A stretch of DNA of 64,000 nucleotides from assembly GCA_965220745.1 (NCBI GenBank), contig CBDCQT010000012.1, positions 320,001-384,000 of the forward strand. Reading direction: 5' to 3'. The translations under genes were made by a program, and so were the position numbers. This document shows, piece by piece, positions 1 to 11,204 of the stretch. The stretch comes from Alphaproteobacteria bacterium (lineage in GTDB: Bacteria; Pseudomonadota; Alphaproteobacteria; UBA828). Every line of letters starts with the position of its first letter. Position 1 is the stretch's first letter. The notes under the pieces are model-generated. The model was not told the origin of the DNA, ran no database searches, and saw only the letters and a list, made by a program, of their open reading frames with translations.

Positions 1-2
1 AC

Positions 3-629
3 CGCGACCTCGGTTTTCGATATATGGAGGATTATCGGCAGCGCCTGCGGCTGCCGTGGCAGGGGCGGCGGCAGGGCGGCGCGCCATCGTTCGTTGCCCC
101 CGAGCCGCCGGTGCGACGTGGCGAGGCGCTCGGCGCCGGCGGGCAAGGCATCGCGCAGCCCCGCGAGCGCGCCTTGCTCCAGATCCTGCTCAGCTTCCCC
201 GCATTGGCGCTGGAGCAGCACGAGGCGCTGGCTGGGCTCCACCTGGAAACGCCCCGATTCGCGGCCGTCGTCGCCGCGCTGATCGACTGGGCCGAGTCCG
301 GGCCCGAGCCAGAGGGCGCGGAACTGCGCGCAACCCTCGCCGATCAGGGTCTGGACGGCGTGGTCGAGGAGCTGGTGGGGAAGGACGCCCAATTTCTCGA
401 CAGGCCGACCGGTATCGACCACGCGCGTGATCTGTTCGTGGATGCCCTGAAGAGGCAGCACCAGCGCCTCGAAGAGCAGGCGGCGCGGGCCGAGGCTGAA
501 GATGCCCACACCGATGAAGAGGCATGGGAGCAAACTCGCGAGCGGATTCTGCGTCTTCAGGAGACCGCGAAGGCGGAAACGGACATACCCGATTTGGGCG
601 CCACGCCGAGGGCAAGCGGGGCGCAGTGA
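3..629 (+). CDS. dnaG: DNA primase, C-terminal part (5'-truncated by window)
   Basis: Open frame from window start; helical C-terminal region (RERALLQILLSFP); directly upstream of rpoD, the conserved dnaG-rpoD order. Confidence 0.8.
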   Translation, partial: RDLGFRYMEDYRQRLRLPWQGRRQGGAPSFVAPEPPVRRGEALGAGGQGIAQPRERALLQILLSFPALALEQHEALAGLHLETPRFAAVVAALIDWAESGPEPEGAELRATLADQGLDGVVEELVGKDAQFLDRPTGIDHARDLFVDALKRQHQRLEEQAARAEAEDAHTDEEAWEQTRERILRLQETAKAETDIPDLGATPRASGAQ

Positions 630-675
630 CACGCGCGGCTCCATCGACCTTGCTATGCCGCCAGTCAAGGTGCGC

Positions 676-704
676 TTGACACTCGCTCGCGGGTTTTTCA
701 GACT
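676..704 (+). promoter_or_regulatory. Candidate sigma70-type promoter of rpoD
   Basis: TTGACA (676-681), 17-nt spacer, CAGACT (699-704) in the dnaG-rpoD gap. Confidence 0.55.
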
Positions 705-864
705 GGTTGGCGTAGGGGAGGCTTGACCCGGAGGCCTCCGACCCCACATCACCCCAATCGGGCGCGAGCGGCGCAGGAGCGCCCCGAACCGTCCGCTGGG
801 TCCAGCGCGTGCGCGAGCCCGAGCGGTGCCCGCCCGATCCCGAGGTCTGGAAAGGAAGAGCCGC

Positions 865-2853
<1,989 letters not shown>

Positions 2854-3024
2854 GCCCTGGGGTCGAAGGGGCGCCACGACAATACAAATTTGCAAAACGA
2901 ACCCAATTTATCATAATCCATTGATATGATTGTATAATAGGGCGGACGGTAGCGCTACGGACTGGCGTTCGGGCCGTCTCCCGGCCGCGTGCTATGGTCT
3001 CTCGGCAACGGCATGGTGAGCGAC

Positions 3025-3960
3025 ATGGCGCCCGGTGAAGCGACGACCGCACCAGAATCGCCGCCGTCGCGTCGTCATCAGCTCGTCTCCTTCGCGCTCC
3101 TCATCGTCTGCGGCGGCACCTTCGGGCTGATCTTCTCGGCCAACAAGATCGCCGTCACCGGGGGCATTCCGTTCTTCGCCTATGTCTTCTGGCAGACGCT
3201 CGGCGGCGGCCTCGTCCTGTTACTGCTTGCCGGCGCGTTCCGCCGGCGCCCGCGCCTGAGCTGGCCCCATATAAGGGCCTATTTCGTGATCGGCTTCTTC
3301 ACGCTGGCCTTTCCCTTCGTTCTCCTGGCCTTCATCGCGCCCAAGCTGCCGGCCGGGGTGATCAGCCTGGGCGGCACGCTCAGCCCGACCATCACCTACA
3401 TCCTGGCGCTGGCGCTCGCGATGGATCGCTTCCGCTGGCTCCGGATCGGCGGAATCTCGCTCGGGCTCGCTGGCGTTCTGCTGGTGGTGCTGCCGGAGAC
3501 GAGCCTGCCCGAACCCGGCATGGCCGGCTGGGTGCTGCTCAGCCTCCTGGTCCCGGTCAGCTACGCCTCGGGCACGATCGCGGCCGCCCGCCTCGCGCCG
3601 GCCGACGGCGATTCGCTCACCACGGGGAGCGGACTGCTCTTCGCCTCGTCGATCATGGTCTTCCCCTTCATGGCGGGGAGTGGGCAATGGTGGTTCTTCT
3701 CCGGCCCGATGAGCGACGCCGACTGGGCACAGATCGGCGCCGTTCTGATCAACGCCGCGTTCTTCTATCTGCTCCTGGAGATCGTTAGGCGCGCCGGGCC
3801 GGTCTTCTTCTCGACACAGAACTATGTCGCCACGCTGGCGGGGATCGGCTGGGGAATCTTGATTCTGGCCGAGAGCCACAGCGTCTACATCTGGGGCGCG
3901 CTCGCGCTGCTCTTCGCCGGTCTCTTTCTGGTGACCCGCCGCGGGCCGCGGGCCGCTTAG
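3025..3960 (+). CDS. EamA/DMT family transporter
   Basis: About 10 hydrophobic segments in two EamA repeats; start uncertain (2989/3013/3025). Confidence 0.85.
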   Translation: MAPGEATTAPESPPSRRHQLVSFALLIVCGGTFGLIFSANKIAVTGGIPFFAYVFWQTLGGGLVLLLLAGAFRRRPRLSWPHIRAYFVIGFFTLAFPFVLLAFIAPKLPAGVISLGGTLSPTITYILALALAMDRFRWLRIGGISLGLAGVLLVVLPETSLPEPGMAGWVLLSLLVPVSYASGTIAAARLAPADGDSLTTGSGLLFASSIMVFPFMAGSGQWWFFSGPMSDADWAQIGAVLINAAFFYLLLEIVRRAGPVFFSTQNYVATLAGIGWGILILAESHSVYIWGALALLFAGLFLVTRRGPRAA

Positions 3961-3990
3961 TGCGGGCGCGATCGTTGTGAGGAGTCGGGC

Positions 3991-4749
3991 CTAGGGCTCC
4001 GCGACGAGGTCCAGCAGGCGCTGGGTCAGGAGCTCGCCCTCGGGCCAATCCAGGCCCCGGTCGGCGAGATAGCGGCGCACGGCGCTGTGAGTCTGTTCGC
4101 CGGGAATGCCGTCCGCCGGCCCAGGATCGTAGCCGTGGGCGGCAAGGCGCCGCTGCAAGGTCTCGACCTGGCGCTCGGAGAGAATCAGGGTGACCGCCGC
4201 CGACCGGATCGGCGCTTCCTCCGGGCTCGGCGTGAAGGCGTTGGCGCGGGCTTGCGCGGCCTCGAGCTCGTCTTCCTCGAGCAGCGGCGTCAGTTGGGCG
4301 GCGGCGTCGGCCGCTTGCTCCCGCTCCGTACCCTCGCCGAGGCGCGCCGCGACTTCGAGCCAGAAGAGCGCCTGCGCCACGTCCTGCGCCACGCCGCGCC
4401 CAACCTGGTGAAGCAGCGCCAGATTGTACTGCGCCCGAACCATGCCCTGCCTAGCGGCCCGTTCGTACCAGCCGGCAGCCTCGGCAGGGTCCTCGGTCAC
4501 GCCCCGGCCGGTCTCGTGGAGGAGGCCCAGGTTGAACTGCGCCAGCGCGTCGCCGTCCTCGGCGAGTGGGCGCCAAATGTTGGCCGCCTCGGAATAGTCG
4601 CCGGCCGCGAAGGCTGCGGCGCCTTCGGCCAGCAGGTCGGCCGCCGTCGCCGGCCCCGCCGCCGATGCCCACAGAGCCGCGGCCGCGAGGAGCGGAGCGA
4701 CCGACGCGAACGCGCGCCTAACGACTCGGATTGCAGGATTTGGTGTCAC
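3991..4749 (-). CDS. Secreted Sel1-repeat protein with C-terminal peptidoglycan-binding domain
   Basis: Signal peptide; Sel1 motifs AQFNLGLLHETGRGV and AQYNLALLHQVGRGV; PG_binding_1 motif LQRRLAAHGYDPGPADGIPGEQT. Confidence 0.85.
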   Translation of the reverse strand: MTPNPAIRVVRRAFASVAPLLAAAALWASAAGPATAADLLAEGAAAFAAGDYSEAANIWRPLAEDGDALAQFNLGLLHETGRGVTEDPAEAAGWYERAARQGMVRAQYNLALLHQVGRGVAQDVAQALFWLEVAARLGEGTEREQAADAAAQLTPLLEEDELEAAQARANAFTPSPEEAPIRSAAVTLILSERQVETLQRRLAAHGYDPGPADGIPGEQTHSAVRRYLADRGLDWPEGELLTQRLLDLVAEP

Positions 4750-4924
4750 GGCGCCGCAACATTATCCCGATTCTCGCGGCGGGCAATAGAAAGCAGCCCT
4801 CCGCCATGCTTACCCGGTCTTATGCCACACCCGTCGAACCATGACCCCGAAGAAGGGTCCGGGCTAGAATGCGGCGCGCCGTTCGGGCACCGCCCAGCGG
4901 CCTTGGGAAGCAAGGGAGAGCAGA

Positions 4925-6496
4925 ATGCCGACAGGTCCAGTACCGCCGAGCGCGAAGAAGGTTCAGGAGTTGGCCGAGTCGTTCGGCTTCACGATGAGCG
5001 ATGCCGACGCCGACCTCTACAGCGAGATGATGGCGGGCACGCTGCAGAGCTACCGCCGTCTCGACGCGATGCAGGAGACCAAGCCGCCGGTTAAGTATCC
5101 ACGCGCTGGCTCCTATCGGCCGGGGCCGGAAGAGGACCCGTACAACGCCTGGTACGTGAAGGGCGAGATCAAGGGCGCGGCGGACGGTGTGCTTGCCGGC
5201 AAGCGGGTCGGCATCAAGGATGCGATCTGCGTCGCGGGCTTCCCCATGATCAACGGCGCCAAGGGGATGGAGGGCTACATCCCCGACATCGACGCCACGG
5301 TGGTGACGCGCGTGCTCGACGCCGGCGGGACCATCCTCGGCAAGACCAACAGCGAGGACTGCTCGTTCTCCGGTGGCAGCCACACCTCCGCCTACGGTCC
5401 CGTGCGCAACCCGCACAAGCCGACCCATTCGACCGGCGCGTCCTCCAACGGCAACGGCGCCGCCGTCGCGGCCGGCGATGTCGACGCGACCATCGGCGGC
5501 GACCAAGGCGGCTCGATCCGCATCCCGGCGAGCTGGAGCGGCATCGTTGGGCTGAAGCCCACCTACGGCCTCGTGCCCTATACGGGTGCCATGATGATCG
5601 AGATGACCATGGACCACCTCGGCCCCATGGCCGACACGGTGGAGAATGCCGCCCGAATGCTCACCGCCATCGCCGGCGAGGATCCGCTGGATCCGCGCCA
5701 GCGGGGGATGATCCCGGCGGGGCTGGACACGGATTACGTCACCGGCCTCGACAAGGGTTGCAAGGGTATCAAGATCGGCGTGCTGAAGGAGGGCTTAGAC
5801 CAAGGCGCCGGCGAGGAGACCTGGGGCGATACCGGACTGCCGCCGGGCGACAAGGTGGTCTCGGACAGCGTCCGTGCCGCCGTTGACCGTCTTGCGGGAG
5901 CCGGTGCCGAGGTGACCGAGGTCTCCAACCCGCGCCACGAGGATGCCTATCACGTCTGGGTGCCGATGTGCGTGGAGGGCGCGCAGGCGGTCATGTTGAA
6001 GGGCAACAACACCGGCACCAACTGGCGGGGCTTCTACAACACGCAGCTGCTCGACAACGTGGCGAAGGGCTCACGCGCCCGGCCCAACGACATGGGCGTG
6101 ATGGTGAAGTACGTGCTGCTCTTCGGCGAGTACATGCAGTCGGACTATTACGGCCGCTACTACGCCAAGGCGCAGAACATCCGGGGCCAGATCGTGCAGA
6201 GCTACGACGACCTGCTGGAATCCTGCGATGTGCTGGTGATGCCGTCCACGGCGATCCTGCCGACGCCGATTCCCGACAACGATGCGCCGCTCAAGGAGCG
6301 CATCATTCGCACGCTCGACATGATCCACAACACCTGCCAGTTCGACGTGACCGGGCATCCGGCGATCTCGGTGCCGTGCGGCGTCCACGACGACCTGCCC
6401 ATCGGCTGCATGATCGTCGGCCGCCACTTCGAGGATGCGAAGGTGCTGCAAGTCGCCGCAGCGCTGGAGGCTACGAAAGACTGGAAGACCTGCTGA
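4925..6496 (+). CDS. Amidase-signature family amidase
   Basis: Catalytic Lys (IKD), GASSNG, GGDQGGSIRIPASWSG Ser-cisSer-Lys signature. Confidence 0.93.
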   Translation: MPTGPVPPSAKKVQELAESFGFTMSDADADLYSEMMAGTLQSYRRLDAMQETKPPVKYPRAGSYRPGPEEDPYNAWYVKGEIKGAADGVLAGKRVGIKDAICVAGFPMINGAKGMEGYIPDIDATVVTRVLDAGGTILGKTNSEDCSFSGGSHTSAYGPVRNPHKPTHSTGASSNGNGAAVAAGDVDATIGGDQGGSIRIPASWSGIVGLKPTYGLVPYTGAMMIEMTMDHLGPMADTVENAARMLTAIAGEDPLDPRQRGMIPAGLDTDYVTGLDKGCKGIKIGVLKEGLDQGAGEETWGDTGLPPGDKVVSDSVRAAVDRLAGAGAEVTEVSNPRHEDAYHVWVPMCVEGAQAVMLKGNNTGTNWRGFYNTQLLDNVAKGSRARPNDMGVMVKYVLLFGEYMQSDYYGRYYAKAQNIRGQIVQSYDDLLESCDVLVMPSTAILPTPIPDNDAPLKERIIRTLDMIHNTCQFDVTGHPAISVPCGVHDDLPIGCMIVGRHFEDAKVLQVAAALEATKDWKTC

Positions 6497-6838
6497 TCGG
6501 GGTTGGCTGACAGGCTGTCCCCCACCTTAACCAGACCCTCTCCGCCAACCTTTTCGTATCTCTCAAGCGCCGGGCGCTCGCTTGGCTCGGGGGCGGAGAG
6601 GGTCACAAGGTTGGTTGCGTCTTCGTTGTACGCGGCCCAAGCCGGGTCGTAGCGACCAACAACGCATCGCCGGCCTGGTCGGGTTTCGCCGCAGCCCATT
6701 TCATCCTGACCGGCTGGAGGAAGAGAAGTGGGTAAGGGTTCGGCCAGCATGGGCTGGCCCAAGCCGAAACGCGCGCCACACCAGCGGCCTGTTGCCAGCT
6801 TATTGCAGGACGGCTCACGCGCCTCAGCAGAAAGGTAG

Positions 6839-8331
6839 ATGACGATGTCGCAGCTTGAGAAATACCAGATGTACATTGGCGGCAAGTGGGTCGATCCGCT
6901 CTCGGCCGCGTGGCTCGAGTCCGACAATCCCTACGACGGCAAGCCGTGGGCGCTTATCCCGCGCGGCAATAAGGAGGACGCGAACCGCGCAGTGGCTGCG
7001 GCCAAGGCGGCATTCACGAGCGGCGACTGGCCCGGCATGAACGCGACGAGCCGGGGCGCTCTCTTGCGCCGCCTCGGCGATCTGGTGGCGCGGGATGCGG
7101 AGCGCCTTGCGGCCGTCGAGGTGCGCGACAACGGCAAACTCATCAACGAGATGAGCGTGCAGCTCAAGTACGTCCCGCAGTGGTACTACTATTTCGGCGG
7201 CCTGGCGGACAAGGTCGAAGGCGCCGTCATCCCCACCGACAAGGCCAACATGTTCAACTACACCCGCCATGAGCCGCTCGGCGTGGTGGTGGCGATCACG
7301 GCATGGAATTCCCCGCTTCTCCTGGCAGCCTACAAGCTGGCGCCGGCGCTTGCCGCCGGCAACACCGTCGTGCTCAAGCCGTCTGAATTCACCTCGCGTC
7401 TGCGCTGGAGTTTGCCAAGCTCGTCGAAGAGGCCGGCTTCCCGCCGGGCGTCGTCAACGTGGCCACGGGTTATGGCCGAGAAGTCGGCGAAGCGCTGATC
7501 TCGCACCCCGACGTGGCCAAGGTCGCCTTCACTGGCGGCAGCGCAACCGGCAAGCACATCTACGAGACGGCAGCGTCCAGTCTCAAACGGGTCACCCTCG
7601 AGCTCGGCGGCAAGTCTCCCAACATCGTGTTCGAGGATGCGGACCTCGAAGATGCGGTGAAGGGGGCGATCTCCGGCATCTTCGCAGCGACGGGGCAGAC
7701 CTGCGTCGCGGGCTCACGCCTGCTGTTGCACGAGCGTGTTCACGACGAGTTTGTCGACAGGCTCCTGGAGACCGCCAAGACGGCACGTATGGGCGATCCG
7801 ATGGACGTGGAGACCCAGGTGGGTCCGGTGACGACCCCGCCACAGTACGAGAAGGTGTTGAACTACATCGATATCGCCAAGGACGAGGGCGCCACCTGCG
7901 TGCTCGGGGGGCACGCCGCCCAGCGGCCGGAGTGCGGCAACGGCTGGTTCGTCGAACCGACGATCTTCGACGACGTGACCAACGACATGCGCATAGCGCA
8001 GGAGGAGGTTTTCGGCCCGGTGCTCTCGGTTATCCGCTTCGGCGACGAGGACGAAGCGGTCGAGATCGCCAACGATGTGATGTACGGCCTTGCCGCAGGC
8101 GTGTGGACGCAGAACGTGCGCCGGGCAATCACCATGGCCGACCGCCTCCAGGCCGGCACCGTGTGGGTCAATACCTACCGGGCGATCAGCTTCATGTCGC
8201 CCTTCGGTGGCTACAAGATGAGCGGATTGGGTCGGGAGAACGGCGCCGACGCAATCCGCGAGTACCTGCAGACGAAGAGCGTCTGGATCAGCACCGCGAG
8301 CGAAGTGCCCAACCCGTTCGTGCTGCGCTGA
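6839..8331 (+). pseudogene. NAD(P)-dependent aldehyde dehydrogenase split by a 1-nt deletion near 7396 (pseudogene or sequencing error)
   Basis: N-half ([13 protein letters not shown]) and C-half (LELGGKSP, GQTCVAG, EEVFGP) lie in different frames; adding one G in acc tcg (g)cg tct gcg ctg gag restores [29 protein letters not shown]. Confidence 0.85.
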
Positions 8332-8398
8332 GGGCGATTGCGGCGCTTAGCCTTGGGGCCCGCATGCCCGACCCTGCAACGCTCAGTGGCCTCCTGCC

Positions 8399-9334
8399 TT
8401 ACTCGGCGGCCGCGCCACGTGCCGGCGACAGTTCCAGCAGGTCGGCAACAGCGGTTGTGTACCAGCCCTCGGCGCGCTTCTGCCAATAGAGATCGCGGAG
8501 CTGGCTCGTGGTGATGCCGGGCGCGCCGTTGCCGATGGGCTTGTCGTTGAGACGGGTGACGGGCATCAGCCCGCCGGCCGACGAGCAAATGAGCATCTCG
8601 TCGGCATCGTCGAGATCGGCTGGCGTGAGGTCGGCGGCCTTCGCCGCCAGACCCGCCTCGGTGCAGAGCTCGAATACCGTCTTGCGTGTGATGCCCTCGA
8701 GAAGATTGTCTCTCGGCGTCAATGCCTCACGCCCCCGCAGGAGCCAGAGATTGAAGCCCGGCCCCTCCGCAATGTAGCCCTCGGTCGAGCAAAGCAGCGG
8801 AGCATCGGCGCCCGCGTTCAATGCCTCGAACTGGGCGCGCGTCAGGTCCATGCGGTTGAAGTTCTTCGCCCGTTGGTCGATGGCGGCGTTGGGCGCGCGG
8901 CGTGTTTCCGCGACCCAGAGGTGAACGCCGTTCTGCGCGCAGGATTCCGGCACGGTCGTGTAGTAGGGCACCGCGTAGGCGATGAACTCGTTCTCGCAGA
9001 GGCGCGGATCGCCCTTGGCGCGGCCATCGCTGAAGCGGCCGCGGGTGCAGAGCGCGAGGACGAGCGCATCCGAGAGACCCGCGCGATCCACGCACTGCGC
9101 CATGATGTGCATCATCTCGGCGTCGGAGTAGGGCGAGGTCATGTAGACGTGGTCGCAGGACGCGCGGAAGCGGGCCATGTGATCGTCGAGGCGGAAGAAG
9201 GCGCCGTCCGTTACCGACACGGCGTCGAAGACGACATCGCTGCAGCTGAAGGTCGGATCGAGAACGGAAATCGAAAGGTCCTCGACCGGAAGATAAGCGC
9301 CCTCGCGAAACGCGATTCCAGTGTGCTCGCTCAT
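8399..9334 (-). CDS. PLP fold-IV aminotransferase, (R)-amine transaminase-like
   Basis: FFRLDDHMARF, PLP lysine in AKNFN, EGPGFN, LEGITR, CSSAGG. Confidence 0.88.
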   Translation of the reverse strand: MSEHTGIAFREGAYLPVEDLSISVLDPTFSCSDVVFDAVSVTDGAFFRLDDHMARFRASCDHVYMTSPYSDAEMMHIMAQCVDRAGLSDALVLALCTRGRFSDGRAKGDPRLCENEFIAYAVPYYTTVPESCAQNGVHLWVAETRRAPNAAIDQRAKNFNRMDLTRAQFEALNAGADAPLLCSTEGYIAEGPGFNLWLLRGREALTPRDNLLEGITRKTVFELCTEAGLAAKAADLTPADLDDADEMLICSSAGGLMPVTRLNDKPIGNGAPGITTSQLRDLYWQKRAEGWYTTAVADLLELSPARGAAAE

Positions 9335-9348
9335 CGTGCGACTCCTCT

Positions 9349-11172
9349 CTATTCGGCCGCCGCCGCTCTCATCTCCCGGCGGGCCGCTTGCGTCGCATCG
9401 AGGTCGAGCTCGTACTCAAGCGCCTCCCAGTCGATCTCGCGAACGACCACGCCGTAGTCGCGATGCGCGCCGTCGATGCTCACATAGCCGTCCTTCACGT
9501 CTTCCATGACGGCGGCAGGGTCTCGTTCCAGCGGATCGCCGTAGCCGCCGCCGCCGCCTGACCACAGGTCGATCTTGTCGCCCTGGCGGACCTTGGCGCC
9601 TGATCGGAACATCCCGATATTGAACTCCTCGGCGCTTCCCATGTTGCGGACCAGCCGCTGGCCGTGGCCGGCCTTGCCGCCAAACAGCCCCCAACCGGCA
9701 TTGCGCTCGCCATCGCCCATGACCGAGGCCGTGCCGATCTCGCCATCCATGTGGATGACGCGCTCGATTCCGAGCCCGCCCCGATATTTTCCCGGTCCGC
9801 CCGAGTCCGCGGCGAGCTCGTACTTCTCCCAGCTGATGGGGAATTGCTGCTCGAACATCTCGACCGGCTGATTGCGCGTGCCCGACGCATAGAGAGCGAT
9901 GAAGGACTTGTTGTCGCGCGTGGCGCGGGCGCCGTAGCCGCCCTCGGTCCAGCAGTAGAACACGTAAGGCGTGCCCTTAATGGGCGAGTTCTCCCTGGTA
10001 TCGACACCGCCGATCACGACATTGATCAAGCTGGGCGAGGAGGCGATCACCCGCTCCGGCGTTATCTGGGAGAAGCAGCCGAACACGCAGTTGACGATCT
10101 TTTGGTAGGCCCCCGACTGGCAGCCGACTACCGGCGCCGGGTAGCGGCAGTTCACGACGCTGCCCTCCGGCGCGATGATGTCGATGGCGTCGTAGACGCC
10201 CTCATTGACCGGAATCTCGGGAAAGATCGCCTTGGTGGCGATGAAGCATGCCGACATCGTCATCGAGATCGGCGCATTGACGCCGCCTGCGGTCTGCGGG
10301 TCCGACTCGCTGAAATCGTAGATCAGCCGGCCGTCCTTGATCCTGATCGTGAGCTGAACCTTGATCATCTTCTTGTCGGCGTCGGCGATACCGGGGTCCT
10401 CGTCGATATAGTCGGTCCAGGTAAAGCTGCCCTCGGGCAACGCGCGAATGGCGGAGCGCAGCAGTCGCTCCGAATATCTGATGTATTCCTGCATGACCGC
10501 GGAGACGGTTTCCTTGCCGTATCGCGCATACAGCTCGTGCAGCCGCTTCTCGCCGGTCTGAAGCGAGGAAATCATCGCCCGGATGTCGCCGCGCGACGAT
10601 ATCGGCAGACGCAGGTTGGCGAGGATCAGCTTTTCGACGTCCTCGACGACGGCATCGTCCGCGGCGATCTTGATAGGCGGGATGCAGAGGCCTTCCGCGA
10701 TCGAGTCGCAGGCGTCCACCGGGAAGCTCCCCGGTGTCTGCCCGCCCACGTCCGGCCAATGGCCCGAGTTGCTGACGAAGGCCACGATCTCGCCCTCCCA
10801 GAACACCGGCCGGAGCATCCGCACGTCCGGCTTGTGCGTGCCCCCGCGGTACGGATCGTTGCAGATGTAAACGTCGCCGGGACGCATGTCCTCCTTCGGG
10901 CATTCCTTCAGAAAGGCCTTGGTCGACGGCGACATCATGGTGATGAAGCAGGGGAAGTCCTCCTCACCCTGCATCACCAGACCGCCGTCCGGCGTCAGCA
11001 CTGCGGCGCTGAAGTCCTGCCCCTGATTGATGACCATCGACATGGCGCCCTTCATGAGGACGATGCCGGCCTCGTTGCACACCGCCTGCAGGGCGCCGCG
11101 AATCACCTCGAACGTGATCTGGTCGACGCCGGCGGCGGCGTTCTCGCCCGTGAACTGGATTTGCTCTTGCAT
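9349..11172 (-). CDS. Hydantoinase B/oxoprolinase family subunit
   Basis: NDPYRGGTHKPD, HWPDVGG, PGKYRGGLG, GGGGYGDP. Confidence 0.92.
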   Translation of the reverse strand: MQEQIQFTGENAAAGVDQITFEVIRGALQAVCNEAGIVLMKGAMSMVINQGQDFSAAVLTPDGGLVMQGEEDFPCFITMMSPSTKAFLKECPKEDMRPGDVYICNDPYRGGTHKPDVRMLRPVFWEGEIVAFVSNSGHWPDVGGQTPGSFPVDACDSIAEGLCIPPIKIAADDAVVEDVEKLILANLRLPISSRGDIRAMISSLQTGEKRLHELYARYGKETVSAVMQEYIRYSERLLRSAIRALPEGSFTWTDYIDEDPGIADADKKMIKVQLTIRIKDGRLIYDFSESDPQTAGGVNAPISMTMSACFIATKAIFPEIPVNEGVYDAIDIIAPEGSVVNCRYPAPVVGCQSGAYQKIVNCVFGCFSQITPERVIASSPSLINVVIGGVDTRENSPIKGTPYVFYCWTEGGYGARATRDNKSFIALYASGTRNQPVEMFEQQFPISWEKYELAADSGGPGKYRGGLGIERVIHMDGEIGTASVMGDGERNAGWGLFGGKAGHGQRLVRNMGSAEEFNIGMFRSGAKVRQGDKIDLWSGGGGGYGDPLERDPAAVMEDVKDGYVSIDGAHRDYGVVVREIDWEALEYELDLDATQAARREMRAAAAE

Positions 11173-11204
11173 CTCGGCCCTCCGTGAAGGGGTTGGGCGC
11201 CCTA

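Noticed and set aside
2878-2945. AT-rich patch after rpoD, resembling an att-site or tRNA remnant
   Set aside because: No cloverleaf, T-loop or integrase; more simply the promoter of the EamA gene
6500-6838. Intergenic stretch with a minus-strand peptide VVGRYDPAWAAY, faintly GrpB-like
   Set aside because: Too short, with no further motifs
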